Positions 8,398-16,057 of a stretch of DNA of 32,000 nt are shown one piece after another (within the stretch, counting starts at the first letter, position 1; each line of letters opens with the position of its first letter). The stretch comes from Candidatus Nanopusillus acidilobi (GTDB taxonomy: Archaea; Nanobdellota; Nanobdellia; Nanobdellales; Nanobdellaceae): NCBI GenBank assembly GCA_001552015.1, contig CP010514.1, positions 450,001 to 482,000 on the forward strand, in the 5' to 3' direction. The translations under genes and the position numbers were made by a program. Below the pieces are notes generated by a model, which worked only from the letters and a program-made list of their open reading frames with translations, ran no database searches and was not told the DNA's origin.

Positions 8398-9603
8398 TTA
8401 TTTTCTCATAAGCAAATAAATAACTAAACCTAAAACTATTACTAAAACTATTACAACTTTTATTTCTGTATTATAATTAGAAGAAGAACTTATTGTTTGA
8501 TTTGTTAAATAATATGTATAACATATATTTGAAAGATATGTTAATCCATTTAATTCTTTTTGATATGTTAAGTTAAAACATAAATCTTCTCCATTTATCA
8601 TTGGAACATTATCATAAATATATATATATTCTGTAGAATTGTACAATAAATTTCCTATATTAATTGAATCTTGGAAATTCTGATTATCAGAATATATTGT
8701 CAATCCAACATTATATAAAACATGATTCCTATTATCATTTGGATATGTAGATAAAATTACTAATAAAGTTCCATTATTATTTAAGTATATCCCATTAAAA
8801 GATAATGACTCTCCATAAACATAGTAAGGTATAATGTATAGATCTTGTAATAGATTATCAGAATATACTTCAATTAAAATATAATATATCCCTGGATATA
8901 GATTTGATACATTAATATTATCATAAATATAATTATATCCTTTATTTAATTCTACATTAAAAGAATTATTATATATTGCTCCATATAATATAGCATCCCA
9001 ACTGGCTAGTTTGATATTTATTGTTGCATTAGTATTATATAATGAATATAAACTTAAGTTTAAATTTAATATCCCATTATTATTTATTAATTCTGTTTGA
9101 TTCCTTACAATACCAATCCATGGATAATTACCAATACTAGGATTATTTATGTAAATATTTTCAAATACTGGTGTAGAAAAATTGTTCGGATTACCAATTA
9201 TATGCTTTGTAGCAGTATATAGATAATATAATAATTCATAATTTCCTGAAGATATGTTTTCTGGAATTTGATATGAAAAGTTTACTGTATAATTTTCATA
9301 TGGAAATAAATTTGATATACTATTTAATTCTGCAAATAATACTTGAGTACCAAATGATGAATTTTCATTAACTAGCATTATTCCTAAAAATATTTGTGGA
9401 TAATAATATGGATCATTATTTTGTATCAAAACATATCCTGTAATATTTTGTCCAGCCAAAAATTCTTGATTATATAAATATGGAGTAATTGTAATATTTG
9501 GAATATAACTTTGATTATAATAATTAATTTGATAAGAGAAAATATTCCTAGTTGATAAAAATATAAGGAAAGATAATAAAATTAATAATACTTTCTTTTT
9601 CAT
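8398..9603 (-). CDS. surface glycoprotein candidate: signal peptide, beta-rich sequon-dense ectodomain, C-terminal TM anchor
   Basis: The signal peptide is MKKKVLLILLSFLIFLSTRNIFS and the C-terminal anchor is KVVIVLVIVLGLVIYLLMRK. There are more than 15 N-x-S/T sequons by eye. Motifs SGNYELLYYLY and PGIYYILIEVYS are typical of Ig-like/CARDB-type adhesin domains. Confidence 0.6.
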   Translation of the reverse strand: MKKKVLLILLSFLIFLSTRNIFSYQINYYNQSYIPNITITPYLYNQEFLAGQNITGYVLIQNNDPYYYPQIFLGIMLVNENSSFGTQVLFAELNSISNLFPYENYTVNFSYQIPENISSGNYELLYYLYTATKHIIGNPNNFSTPVFENIYINNPSIGNYPWIGIVRNQTELINNNGILNLNLSLYSLYNTNATINIKLASWDAILYGAIYNNSFNVELNKGYNYIYDNINVSNLYPGIYYILIEVYSDNLLQDLYIIPYYVYGESLSFNGIYLNNNGTLLVILSTYPNDNRNHVLYNVGLTIYSDNQNFQDSINIGNLLYNSTEYIYIYDNVPMINGEDLCFNLTYQKELNGLTYLSNICYTYYLTNQTISSSSNYNTEIKVVIVLVIVLGLVIYLLMRK

Positions 9604-9635
9604 ATATTATCCTTAAAGAAAATATTTATAAAAAT

Positions 9636-10100
9636 TTATATCCAATTATTTCTCTTTAATCTTAATAAAAAGGATAATGCTTTAGCAGCCTCTTCTGGAG
9701 ATTCAAATACTGGTAAATATTCCTCAACAGATATTTTTATTTGTTCTGTAAATCCTCCCCCATATATTAAAAATACTAAAGGAACTTTTTTATTAATTAT
9801 TTTTGATAATTTTTCAGGAAATTTTTCTGTAAAAAAAGGTAATTGAGGTAATAATATTGCAATTATTCCTTCAGTTCTTGAATCATTTAATAAAATCTTT
9901 AATCCTTCTATATATTGATCTTCACTTGCCTGAGCTGTAGTATCTATTGGATTATGAAATGAAGCAAAGGAAGGTAAAATATTTTTTAATTTTTCTTTAA
10001 TATCATCTGGTGTTTCTTCTATTTTAATATTATTTTCTTCTAAAGCATCTGTTGTTAAAACACCCTCACCCCCTCCATTTGTATATATGTAAATAACCAT
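9636..10100 (-). CDS. acetyl-CoA synthetase (ADP-forming) alpha subunit, C-terminal part (domain 5-like) encoded as a separate ORF
   Basis: MVIYIYTNGGGEGVLTTDALEE...LPSFASFHNPIDTTAQAS aligns with the ACD alpha pattern RVAIITNAGGPGVLAAD...LPxxASxxNPVDxxA. The ATG lies 2 nt after the stop of 10103..10978. Confidence 0.7.
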   Translation of the reverse strand: MVIYIYTNGGGEGVLTTDALEENNIKIEETPDDIKEKLKNILPSFASFHNPIDTTAQASEDQYIEGLKILLNDSRTEGIIAILLPQLPFFTEKFPEKLSKIINKKVPLVFLIYGGGFTEQIKISVEEYLPVFESPEEAAKALSFLLRLKRNNWI

Positions 10101-10102
10101 TA

Positions 10103-10978
10103 TTATAAATAGAATGCTAGAGTTTTTAAATAGATCATAAAATCTCCCATACTTTTTGCTTCAATTATATTATGTTGTTTAAATAAATTTCTATATACTT
10201 CATAATCTCCTGCCATAGATGCTGTATGAGAAGAAACTGCAACAGAACCCCTTTTTGTTTTTCCAGATTTTAATACTATTATTGGTCTATTTAATTGACT
10301 TGCAACTTCTAAAAATTCTTTACCTCTTCCTTCTCTTAATCCTTCCATATATATAAATATTGCCTTGGAATTTTGATCATCCTTTAATTCTTTTAATATT
10401 TCAACCTCATCTAAATCAATTTTATTTCCATAAGAAATTATCTTTGATACACCAATATTTTTACTTGATAACCATTCCATAACCGCTAAGGCAATTGCAC
10501 CAGATTGGGACAATAGAACAATTTTTCCTTTCTTTGGTCTTATTAATCTTTTATCATCAACAAAAAATGTATCTATACCATTATATGGATCATATACTCC
10601 CATACCATTTGGTCCCAATATTCTTATTCCATATTTTTTTGAATATTCTAATATTTTTTCTTCAAGATCTTTTCTTCCAACTTCAGAAAAACCAGCAGAA
10701 ACTATTATTGCCAATTTTACTCCCTTTTCTCCAGCTTGTTTTATAACTTCAGGAACACCTTCTGCAGGTATTGCTACTACAACAGCATCTATATTTTCAT
10801 TTATTTCAAGAATATTTTTATAGCATTTTAGATTATATAAATTATCGTAATTTGGATTTATTGGATATATTTTTCCAGGAAATCTTTTAATAAAATTCTT
10901 TAATATTATATTTCCAACCTTTCCTTCTTTATTACTTGCTCCTACAATTGCAACAGATTTTATATCAAATATACTCAT
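10103..10978 (-). CDS. acetyl-CoA synthetase (ADP-forming) alpha subunit, N-terminal part (CoA-binding domain and phosphohistidine loop)
   Basis: SVAIVGASNKEGKVGNIILKNF is a CoA-binding Rossmann motif. QSGAIALA is present. SSHTASMAG matches the phosphohistidine loop (SHTGA/SLAG). Only 291 aa are encoded, versus about 450-460 aa for usual alpha subunits. Confidence 0.8.
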   Translation of the reverse strand: MSIFDIKSVAIVGASNKEGKVGNIILKNFIKRFPGKIYPINPNYDNLYNLKCYKNILEINENIDAVVVAIPAEGVPEVIKQAGEKGVKLAIIVSAGFSEVGRKDLEEKILEYSKKYGIRILGPNGMGVYDPYNGIDTFFVDDKRLIRPKKGKIVLLSQSGAIALAVMEWLSSKNIGVSKIISYGNKIDLDEVEILKELKDDQNSKAIFIYMEGLREGRGKEFLEVASQLNRPIIVLKSGKTKRGSVAVSSHTASMAGDYEVYRNLFKQHNIIEAKSMGDFMIYLKTLAFYL

Positions 10979-11301
10979 ACTTTAATATAGCATTTTACAT
11001 ATTTATATTTTTTTTCACATAATTGGCATAACATAGATTGTAGATCTAATAATTTGATATTTTTATCATTTTTTAATAATTCTGCCATTTTAATTAATAT
11101 AATTTTATCTTCTTTATCAAATTCAAAATAAGATTTCCCTCTTATACCCTTTAAATATTGAGAAACTGCAGATTGAGTTATTGATAATTTATCTGCAATT
11201 TCTTCTTGAGACATTTTATAATCATCATACAATATTTTTGACAATTCCTTTCTAATTGAAGGAAGCAATTCTTTTACGAATAGCTCACATCTCAATGTCA
11301 T
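10975..11301 (-). CDS. HTH transcriptional regulator (small archaeal HTH plus C-terminal Cys pair)
   Basis: MSQEEIADKLSITQSAVSQYLKGIRG is a clear helix-turn-helix, and the C-terminus carries CQLCEKK. Its TGA overlaps the ACD ATG as ATGA (10975-10978), which implies co-transcription. Confidence 0.65.
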   Translation of the reverse strand: MTLRCELFVKELLPSIRKELSKILYDDYKMSQEEIADKLSITQSAVSQYLKGIRGKSYFEFDKEDKIILIKMAELLKNDKNIKLLDLQSMLCQLCEKKYKYVKCYIKV

Positions 11302-11377
11302 ATAATGATGTTATATAAAAAATTTTAAAAATAGCTTACCAACCTAGTTAGGTATAATCTTTCTAATAATTATTAAA

Positions 11378-12625
11378 CTATTCAATTAAGACACTTTTTA
11401 TACTATCGTTTGTTTCAACATCTTTAAAGAACCTTTTATATAGATATATATTTGCAATATTAACTATAAATGCCAATAAGAAGGGAATTTGTAAAGCTAA
11501 ATAATCTATCATAAATCCACTAAATATTGCTGCAATAGCAGATGGAAATAACCTGGCAGCTTGATTCATGCCGGTTGCCGTAGACCTTGAATCTTGACTA
11601 ACTAAACTCATCATTAAAGATGATTGAGTTGGCAATGAAATAACTCTAAACATAATATAGGTTAAATATAGTACTAATGCTATTATTAGATCATAAATTA
11701 AGATTTGAGAGAACCTATTCACAAATGGTAGTAATACTAGAGCTACAGTAGATATAGATCTAGTTAACACAACAGTCCTAACAAAACCAAGCTTATCAGT
11801 TATTATAGGAGTTAAAAGCGATGCAAATGCGGCTACTATACCACCAAGGAAAAATATATTACCTATCTCACCCTTAGGAACTTTAAGTAATACTTCAAAA
11901 ATCAAGGGTAGAAATGGTGTTACCAGCCCTTGTCCAAGACCATTTAAAGTTCCAGTAGCTACAAAAATTTTGATGATTTTCTTATCTGATTCATGCTTAT
12001 TATTTGAATTAAAGGAATGTCTACTGAGACTTTCACTATATCTATCACTAACCGGTAATATTGCAATTAGTGAAGCTAATGAAAAGATTAAAGCTATTAT
12101 AAATTCCTCCCTATAACTTAAGTGAGATAATAATGCCCCAAATGCTCCAGCCAGACTTAAAGATAAGAAAAATAGAGAATAAATCTTTGTCCTGTTCTTT
12201 TCATTTGTTTTATCTGCTAGTAAAGCATTCATTATTGGAGCTGCCACCGCACCTGCACTACCACTTGCCAATGCACCAGCTGTACCAAAACCACCCAGTG
12301 CAGCAGCTACCAAAAGGAAAGGATAGCTTGAAGCTAAAAGGAGAATTAGTATTGATAATGGTAAAAAAGGTAAGATAACCATAAGTACTCTCTTCCTACC
12401 ATAATAATCTCCTAATCTACCAAAATAAATGCTCATTAATGGAGCTGAAAATGCTCCAACACCAAAGAAAATTCCTATCAACATGAAAGATAGGTGAAGT
12501 ACATTATAAAGATACAATCCAATAATAACTCCAAGAGCACCAGTTGCAATACTTCTAAAAATTCCAGATAAGAGTATAAGAATAATATCATTTTTATCAT
12601 CCATTAACCAATCTACAACGATCAC
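11378..12625 (-). CDS. MFS transporter
   Basis: It is 415 aa with about 12 hydrophobic segments. The MFS motif A-like GRLGDYYGRKRVLM lies between TM2 and TM3, and Gly/Ala-rich helices are present. Confidence 0.8.
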   Translation of the reverse strand: MIVVDWLMDDKNDIILILLSGIFRSIATGALGVIIGLYLYNVLHLSFMLIGIFFGVGAFSAPLMSIYFGRLGDYYGRKRVLMVILPFLPLSILILLLASSYPFLLVAAALGGFGTAGALASGSAGAVAAPIMNALLADKTNEKNRTKIYSLFFLSLSLAGAFGALLSHLSYREEFIIALIFSLASLIAILPVSDRYSESLSRHSFNSNNKHESDKKIIKIFVATGTLNGLGQGLVTPFLPLIFEVLLKVPKGEIGNIFFLGGIVAAFASLLTPIITDKLGFVRTVVLTRSISTVALVLLPFVNRFSQILIYDLIIALVLYLTYIMFRVISLPTQSSLMMSLVSQDSRSTATGMNQAARLFPSAIAAIFSGFMIDYLALQIPFLLAFIVNIANIYLYKRFFKDVETNDSIKSVLIE

Positions 12626-12732
12626 CTTTATAAACTAAATTAAGTTTACAATAAAAAATAGAATCTTTTTTAGCTTTTATCAAATTTAAGATTAATAAAA
12701 TTACCCAAAACATTTATAATCTTCATTAATTG

Positions 12733-12805
12733 TAGGCCCGCCGGGATTTGAACCCGGGACCTCCGGATAGTGAGTCCGGCATCATACCCCCTAGACTACG
12801 GGCCT
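12733..12805 (-). tRNA. tRNA, anticodon CAC by standard numbering (Val); A1:U72 and U37
   Basis: Hand fold of the minus strand: acceptor AGGCCCG/CGGGCCT, D arm GTCT-AGGGGGTA-TGAT, anticodon stem CCGGA/TCCGG with loop CTCACTA (anticodon at 12770-12772), and T arm CCGGG-TTCAAAT-CCCGG. The discriminator is A, the length is 73 nt, and no CCA is encoded. Confidence 0.75.
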
Positions 12806-12833
12806 TAAAATATTTTTATAAAAAATATTTTTT
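12806..12833. promoter_or_regulatory. 28-nt divergent promoter region shared by the tRNA (12805) and the CDS starting at 12834
   Basis: The whole spacer is ttaaaatatttttataaaaaatattttt, a near-palindromic A/T tract. TATA-like elements for both directions must overlap within it. Assignment is by position only. Confidence 0.3.
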
Positions 12834-13592
12834 ATGATATTGGAAAAAATTACCTCAAAATATATTAATTATATAACTGTAAGAAATTATGATAAAAACA
12901 AAAAATATATTGGGCAAGATTGCATTGTAAAATATTTATTAAATAGGAAAAAATTATATAAAGATGATGGAGAAATTATATACAAAAATTTTATTGAAGT
13001 AAAATATAATAAAGATGCAAAAGAAGAAATAGATATACAAAAAGAAAAAATATTAAAAGATATTGAAAATGAAAAGAAATTCCTAATAGATAATTCATTA
13101 TATAATTTATTACCAAATAAGGGAAAAATTAGTTTAAAAATACAGATTTCTCAATCATTAAGAGTTATAAGAGAATATTTATTTGATAGTAATTTAATAT
13201 TAATTGGGGATATCGATTATTCCTTTTTAGGTAAAAATCTTGTAAATATATATAAAAAACAGGAAGATTTTGATTTCTATAAATATAAAGCAATAATATT
13301 AGATCCTTATGGAGATGAAATATTAAACAACGAAGATTTAAATAAATATAACTTATTCATTCTAGGAGGAATTGTTGATATTGATCTAAATTGGCAATAT
13401 GCAACACAATATTTATTTAGAAATATTGATTTACCACATAAAAGAATAGAATTATATGGGTCTATAAAGAATGTTCCAGATAGAATAAATATATTAATAA
13501 AGATTTTATTAGACTCTATTTATTTAAATATTCCATTAGAAAAATCTATAGTAATTAATTCACCAAAAAAATTTAGTAAACGCGTTCAATAA
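12834..13592 (+). CDS. putative tRNA methyltransferase, Trm10-like SPOUT domain
   Basis: AIILDPYGDEILNNEDLNKYNLFILGGIVD resembles the Trm10 core (vyLTaDS..L...d..vYIIGGLVD). The downstream LPHKRIELYGSIKNVPDRINILIKILL resembles the Trm10 C-terminal knot region. The similarity is moderate and by eye. Confidence 0.5.
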   Translation: MILEKITSKYINYITVRNYDKNKKYIGQDCIVKYLLNRKKLYKDDGEIIYKNFIEVKYNKDAKEEIDIQKEKILKDIENEKKFLIDNSLYNLLPNKGKISLKIQISQSLRVIREYLFDSNLILIGDIDYSFLGKNLVNIYKKQEDFDFYKYKAIILDPYGDEILNNEDLNKYNLFILGGIVDIDLNWQYATQYLFRNIDLPHKRIELYGSIKNVPDRINILIKILLDSIYLNIPLEKSIVINSPKKFSKRVQ

Positions 13593-14406
13593 TATTATAT
13601 AAATTTTCATAAACAGAATCTGGATGTTTTTCAATATATCTATCTAAGTTTCTTGTTATTTTATCAATATCTATTTCATTAAATACCTTTCTTAAATTAT
13701 TTAAGTCCCTTTCATTAAATCCCTTACTTATTATTTCTTTAATTTTATCTCTATATCTATTTTCATATTCTTCTAAATCTTTTATATCCCTATCTTTATA
13801 TCTAAAGAATTTATAAAATAAAGAAAATAATCCAAAATTATAAAAATATAATGTATGCTCCAAACCACTTTTTTTAATTAATAGATTTCCTTCTGTATCG
13901 ATCATTATATATAATTTTAAATTCAATAAATCTGCTTTTATATAAGAATATATTCCATATAAGTTTGGAATTATTAATTCTTCTCCATTTAAACTTAACC
14001 CAAATCCATAAACATTATTTGGTAGAAATTCATATTTATATCCTCTCATTTCAATATATTTTGTTACAATATCTCTTTGTTCTATAGTTCTTTGTTGATC
14101 TATGCATACTATATCAATTACATTACTTACATCTTTTTCTCTAAATTTTAAGATTCTTGTTATTTCTATATTCCCAGTTGTAGAACAACCATCAATAATT
14201 ATACTATCTAAATTCATATATCTTTCTATTTCGGCAAACGGTACCCTTTTCCTTTTTATTCCTTCATGAAATCTTGCATTATATAAAAAGATCATATGTT
14301 GAATTTCTGAAACTATTGGAAGATAATATTGAGGATTTGACAATTTATTAGAATTATTTATTATATCTCTAGCATCCCAAATTGTTGATTCAAGATTATT
14401 AACCAT
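13573..14406 (-). CDS. hypothetical protein, 277 aa
   Basis: It is a long ORF filling the space between the Trm10-like gene and tRNA-Gln, with a convergent 20-nt overlap with 12834..13592. The only motif noticed is SIIIDGCSTTGN, which weakly recalls a PRPP-binding loop (hhhhDDhxTTGxT) but lacks the second Asp. Confidence 0.45.
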   Translation of the reverse strand: MVNNLESTIWDARDIINNSNKLSNPQYYLPIVSEIQHMIFLYNARFHEGIKRKRVPFAEIERYMNLDSIIIDGCSTTGNIEITRILKFREKDVSNVIDIVCIDQQRTIEQRDIVTKYIEMRGYKYEFLPNNVYGFGLSLNGEELIIPNLYGIYSYIKADLLNLKLYIMIDTEGNLLIKKSGLEHTLYFYNFGLFSLFYKFFRYKDRDIKDLEEYENRYRDKIKEIISKGFNERDLNNLRKVFNEIDIDKITRNLDRYIEKHPDSVYENLYNIIERVY

Positions 14407-14437
14407 AAAAATTATTAAATAATTAATTTTATAAGAA

Positions 14438-14510
14438 TAGCCCCGCGGGGATTCGAACCCCGGTCTCAGGGACCAGAGCCCTGAATCCTAGACCACTAGA
14501 CGACGGGGCT
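14438..14510 (-). tRNA. tRNA-Gln (anticodon CTG), A1:U72
   Basis: Hand fold: acceptor AGCCCCG/CGGGGCT, D arm GTCT-AGTGGTCTA-GGAT, anticodon stem CAGGG/CCCTG with loop CTCTGGT, and T arm CGGGG-TTCGAAT-CCCCG. The discriminator is A, the length is 73 nt, and no CCA is encoded. An A1:U72 pair is typical of archaeal tRNA-Gln. Confidence 0.9.
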
Positions 14511-14559
14511 TTCCTAAATATAAATTTATAAAAATAAAAATATATAGATTTATTCATAA

Positions 14560-14967
14560 ATGAATAAGGAATATAAAAGAATATCCATTAAGGACGTAAA
14601 GAGATTAATAGCAATAGTAAAGATAAATAAAAATGAGAGTTTTATAGATATTATTAGAGAATTTTCTAATGATTTTGCAAAAATTTTAAATAGTAGATTA
14701 TTATATTATAAAATTTATCTATTTCCAGCAGATTTTGAGGGAAATAAAGATATAACATTTACAGGAATCTTAGCAACATCCCATATAGTAATAAGTAGCT
14801 ATACTGAAGAAGACGGAATTTATATAGACATAGATGCTGCATGGTGCAGTGGAGAAAAATTAAATAAAGAAAAATTAGAAGAATTACTTAAAAAATATTT
14901 TAAAAATTATGAAATAAAATCTTTTAAGATATATGATTATCTTGGTGAGGAAAGCCTTCTCAGCTGA
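14560..14967 (+). CDS. pyruvoyl-dependent decarboxylase-like protein (S-adenosylmethionine decarboxylase SpeH/SpeD family, divergent)
   Basis: GILATSHIVISSYTEEDGIYIDIDAAWCSGE aligns with the family core (v)isESHltIHTwPE.gyaaiDlftCG. The self-cleavage serine context is T-S-H instead of E-S-H. The size (135 aa) fits. Confidence 0.45.
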   Translation: MNKEYKRISIKDVKRLIAIVKINKNESFIDIIREFSNDFAKILNSRLLYYKIYLFPADFEGNKDITFTGILATSHIVISSYTEEDGIYIDIDAAWCSGEKLNKEKLEELLKKYFKNYEIKSFKIYDYLGEESLLS

Positions 14968-14998
14968 TAAATGATGAATGCCAAGTTCACTGATAGAT
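14939..14998 (+). ncRNA. C/D box sRNA candidate (2'-O-methylation guide)
   Basis: The layout is canonical. C box GTGAGGA is at 14945-14951, followed by a 12-nt guide aagccttctcag and D' box CTGA at 14964-14967. A 3-nt loop taa follows, then C' box ATGATGA at 14971-14977, a 12-nt guide atgccaagttca, and D box CTGA at 14990-14993. Short flanks atct (14939-14942) and agat (14995-14998) can pair. An L7Ae gene is present in the window. Of about 30 TGATGA hexamers I scanned on both strands, this was the only one followed by CTGA at exactly +12. Confidence 0.6.
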
Positions 14999-15028
14999 TT
15001 ATAATGGTGTTATATAATATATTATTCA

Positions 15029-16057
15029 ATGCCTGAAAATATTGAAAAATGGAGAGTACATGATTTAAATACTTCAAAACAATTAGAAAAAGCCGGATAT
15101 GGAATTTACAATCATTCTGCTGTTGAAATTTGTCATTGGACAAAAGAATCAATTATAAATGGAAGAACATGCTATAAAAATAAATTCTATGGAATAGATA
15201 CTGCAGGATGTATGGAAATGTCTCAATCCGTTGTTTGGTGTACAAATAGATGTATATTTTGCTGGAGACCAAATACAAAATTTGAACCTTATTATAATAT
15301 ATTACCAGAAGATAAAGTAGATAAACCTGAAGAAATAATGGAAAAACTAAGAGAATTAAGAAAGAAATTATTAATTGGATATTATGGAAATCCAAAAGCA
15401 AATAAAGAATTATTAGATAAATTTATTGATAAACCAACACATGTTACATTCTCATTATCTGGAGAACCATTATTATATCCATATGTTGCAGAAAGTATAT
15501 TATATATTAAGAAAAATTGGCCATGGATAAAATCAATATTTATAGTAACATCTGGACAAGTTCCAGAAGCATTGAAAAGATTAATTGAAAAGAATGCATT
15601 ACCAACGCAATTATATATATCATTTACAGCTCCAAATAAAGAAATGTATAAAAAAATATCTGCACCTTTATATAAAGATTATTGGGAAAGATTTCTAAAA
15701 TCATTAGAAATTGCTTCAAAAATGAAAACAAGAAGAGTTGCAAGAATAACATTAATTAAAGGAATAAATGATGATCCAAAATATTTTGATGAATGGGCAA
15801 AATTAATTGAAATATATAATCCTCATTTTATAGAAGTAAAGTCTTATTCATTATTAGGATACTCAAGATCAAGATTAAAATTTGAAAATGTTCCAAGTAT
15901 GGAAGATATAAGAAATTTTGCAAAAGGATTAGTAGAAAAATTACCTGGTTATGAAATATTTAAAGAAGATATTGATTCAAGAATTGTATTAATAAAAAAT
16001 AGAAGAGAAGGAATGGATATAGATCCTATAATAAAAAATGTAGAACCTAATGTATAA
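15029..16057 (+). CDS. taw1: tRNA 4-demethylwyosine synthase (radical SAM, Taw1/TYW1)
   Basis: CYKNKFYGIDTAGCMEMSQSVVWCTNRCIFCWR contains the TYW1-type second cluster Cys and the radical-SAM CxxxCxFCWR motif. SLSGEPLLYPY is present, and the length (342 aa) fits. Confidence 0.85.
   Translation: MPENIEKWRVHDLNTSKQLEKAGYGIYNHSAVEICHWTKESIINGRTCYKNKFYGIDTAGCMEMSQSVVWCTNRCIFCWRPNTKFEPYYNILPEDKVDKPEEIMEKLRELRKKLLIGYYGNPKANKELLDKFIDKPTHVTFSLSGEPLLYPYVAESILYIKKNWPWIKSIFIVTSGQVPEALKRLIEKNALPTQLYISFTAPNKEMYKKISAPLYKDYWERFLKSLEIASKMKTRRVARITLIKGINDDPKYFDEWAKLIEIYNPHFIEVKSYSLLGYSRSRLKFENVPSMEDIRNFAKGLVEKLPGYEIFKEDIDSRIVLIKNRREGMDIDPIIKNVEPNV

Noticed and set aside
10495-12378. Plus-strand ORFs 10495..10746 and 12133..12378.
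   Set aside because: They lie antisense to the ACD alpha and MFS transporter genes, and both translations lack recognisable motifs.
12733-14510. A possible integrated element between the two minus-strand tRNA genes.
   Set aside because: There is no integrase, transposase or phage-like gene, and I noticed no direct repeat of a tRNA 3' end. The content is a tRNA-modification-type gene plus one orphan.
14971-15036. My first reading of the C/D element took ATGATGA at 14971 as the C box and the CTGA at 15033-15036 (inside the taw1 start) as the D box.
   Set aside because: That register leaves 39 nt between D' and D with no C' box, and a guide far longer than 12 nt. Shifting upstream gives a perfect C-12-D'-3-C'-12-D layout (14945-14993), which I adopted instead.
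14937-15401. Two minus-strand ORFs (71 and 82 aa) opposite the taw1 5' region.
   Set aside because: They lie antisense to a confidently identified radical-SAM gene and have no motifs.
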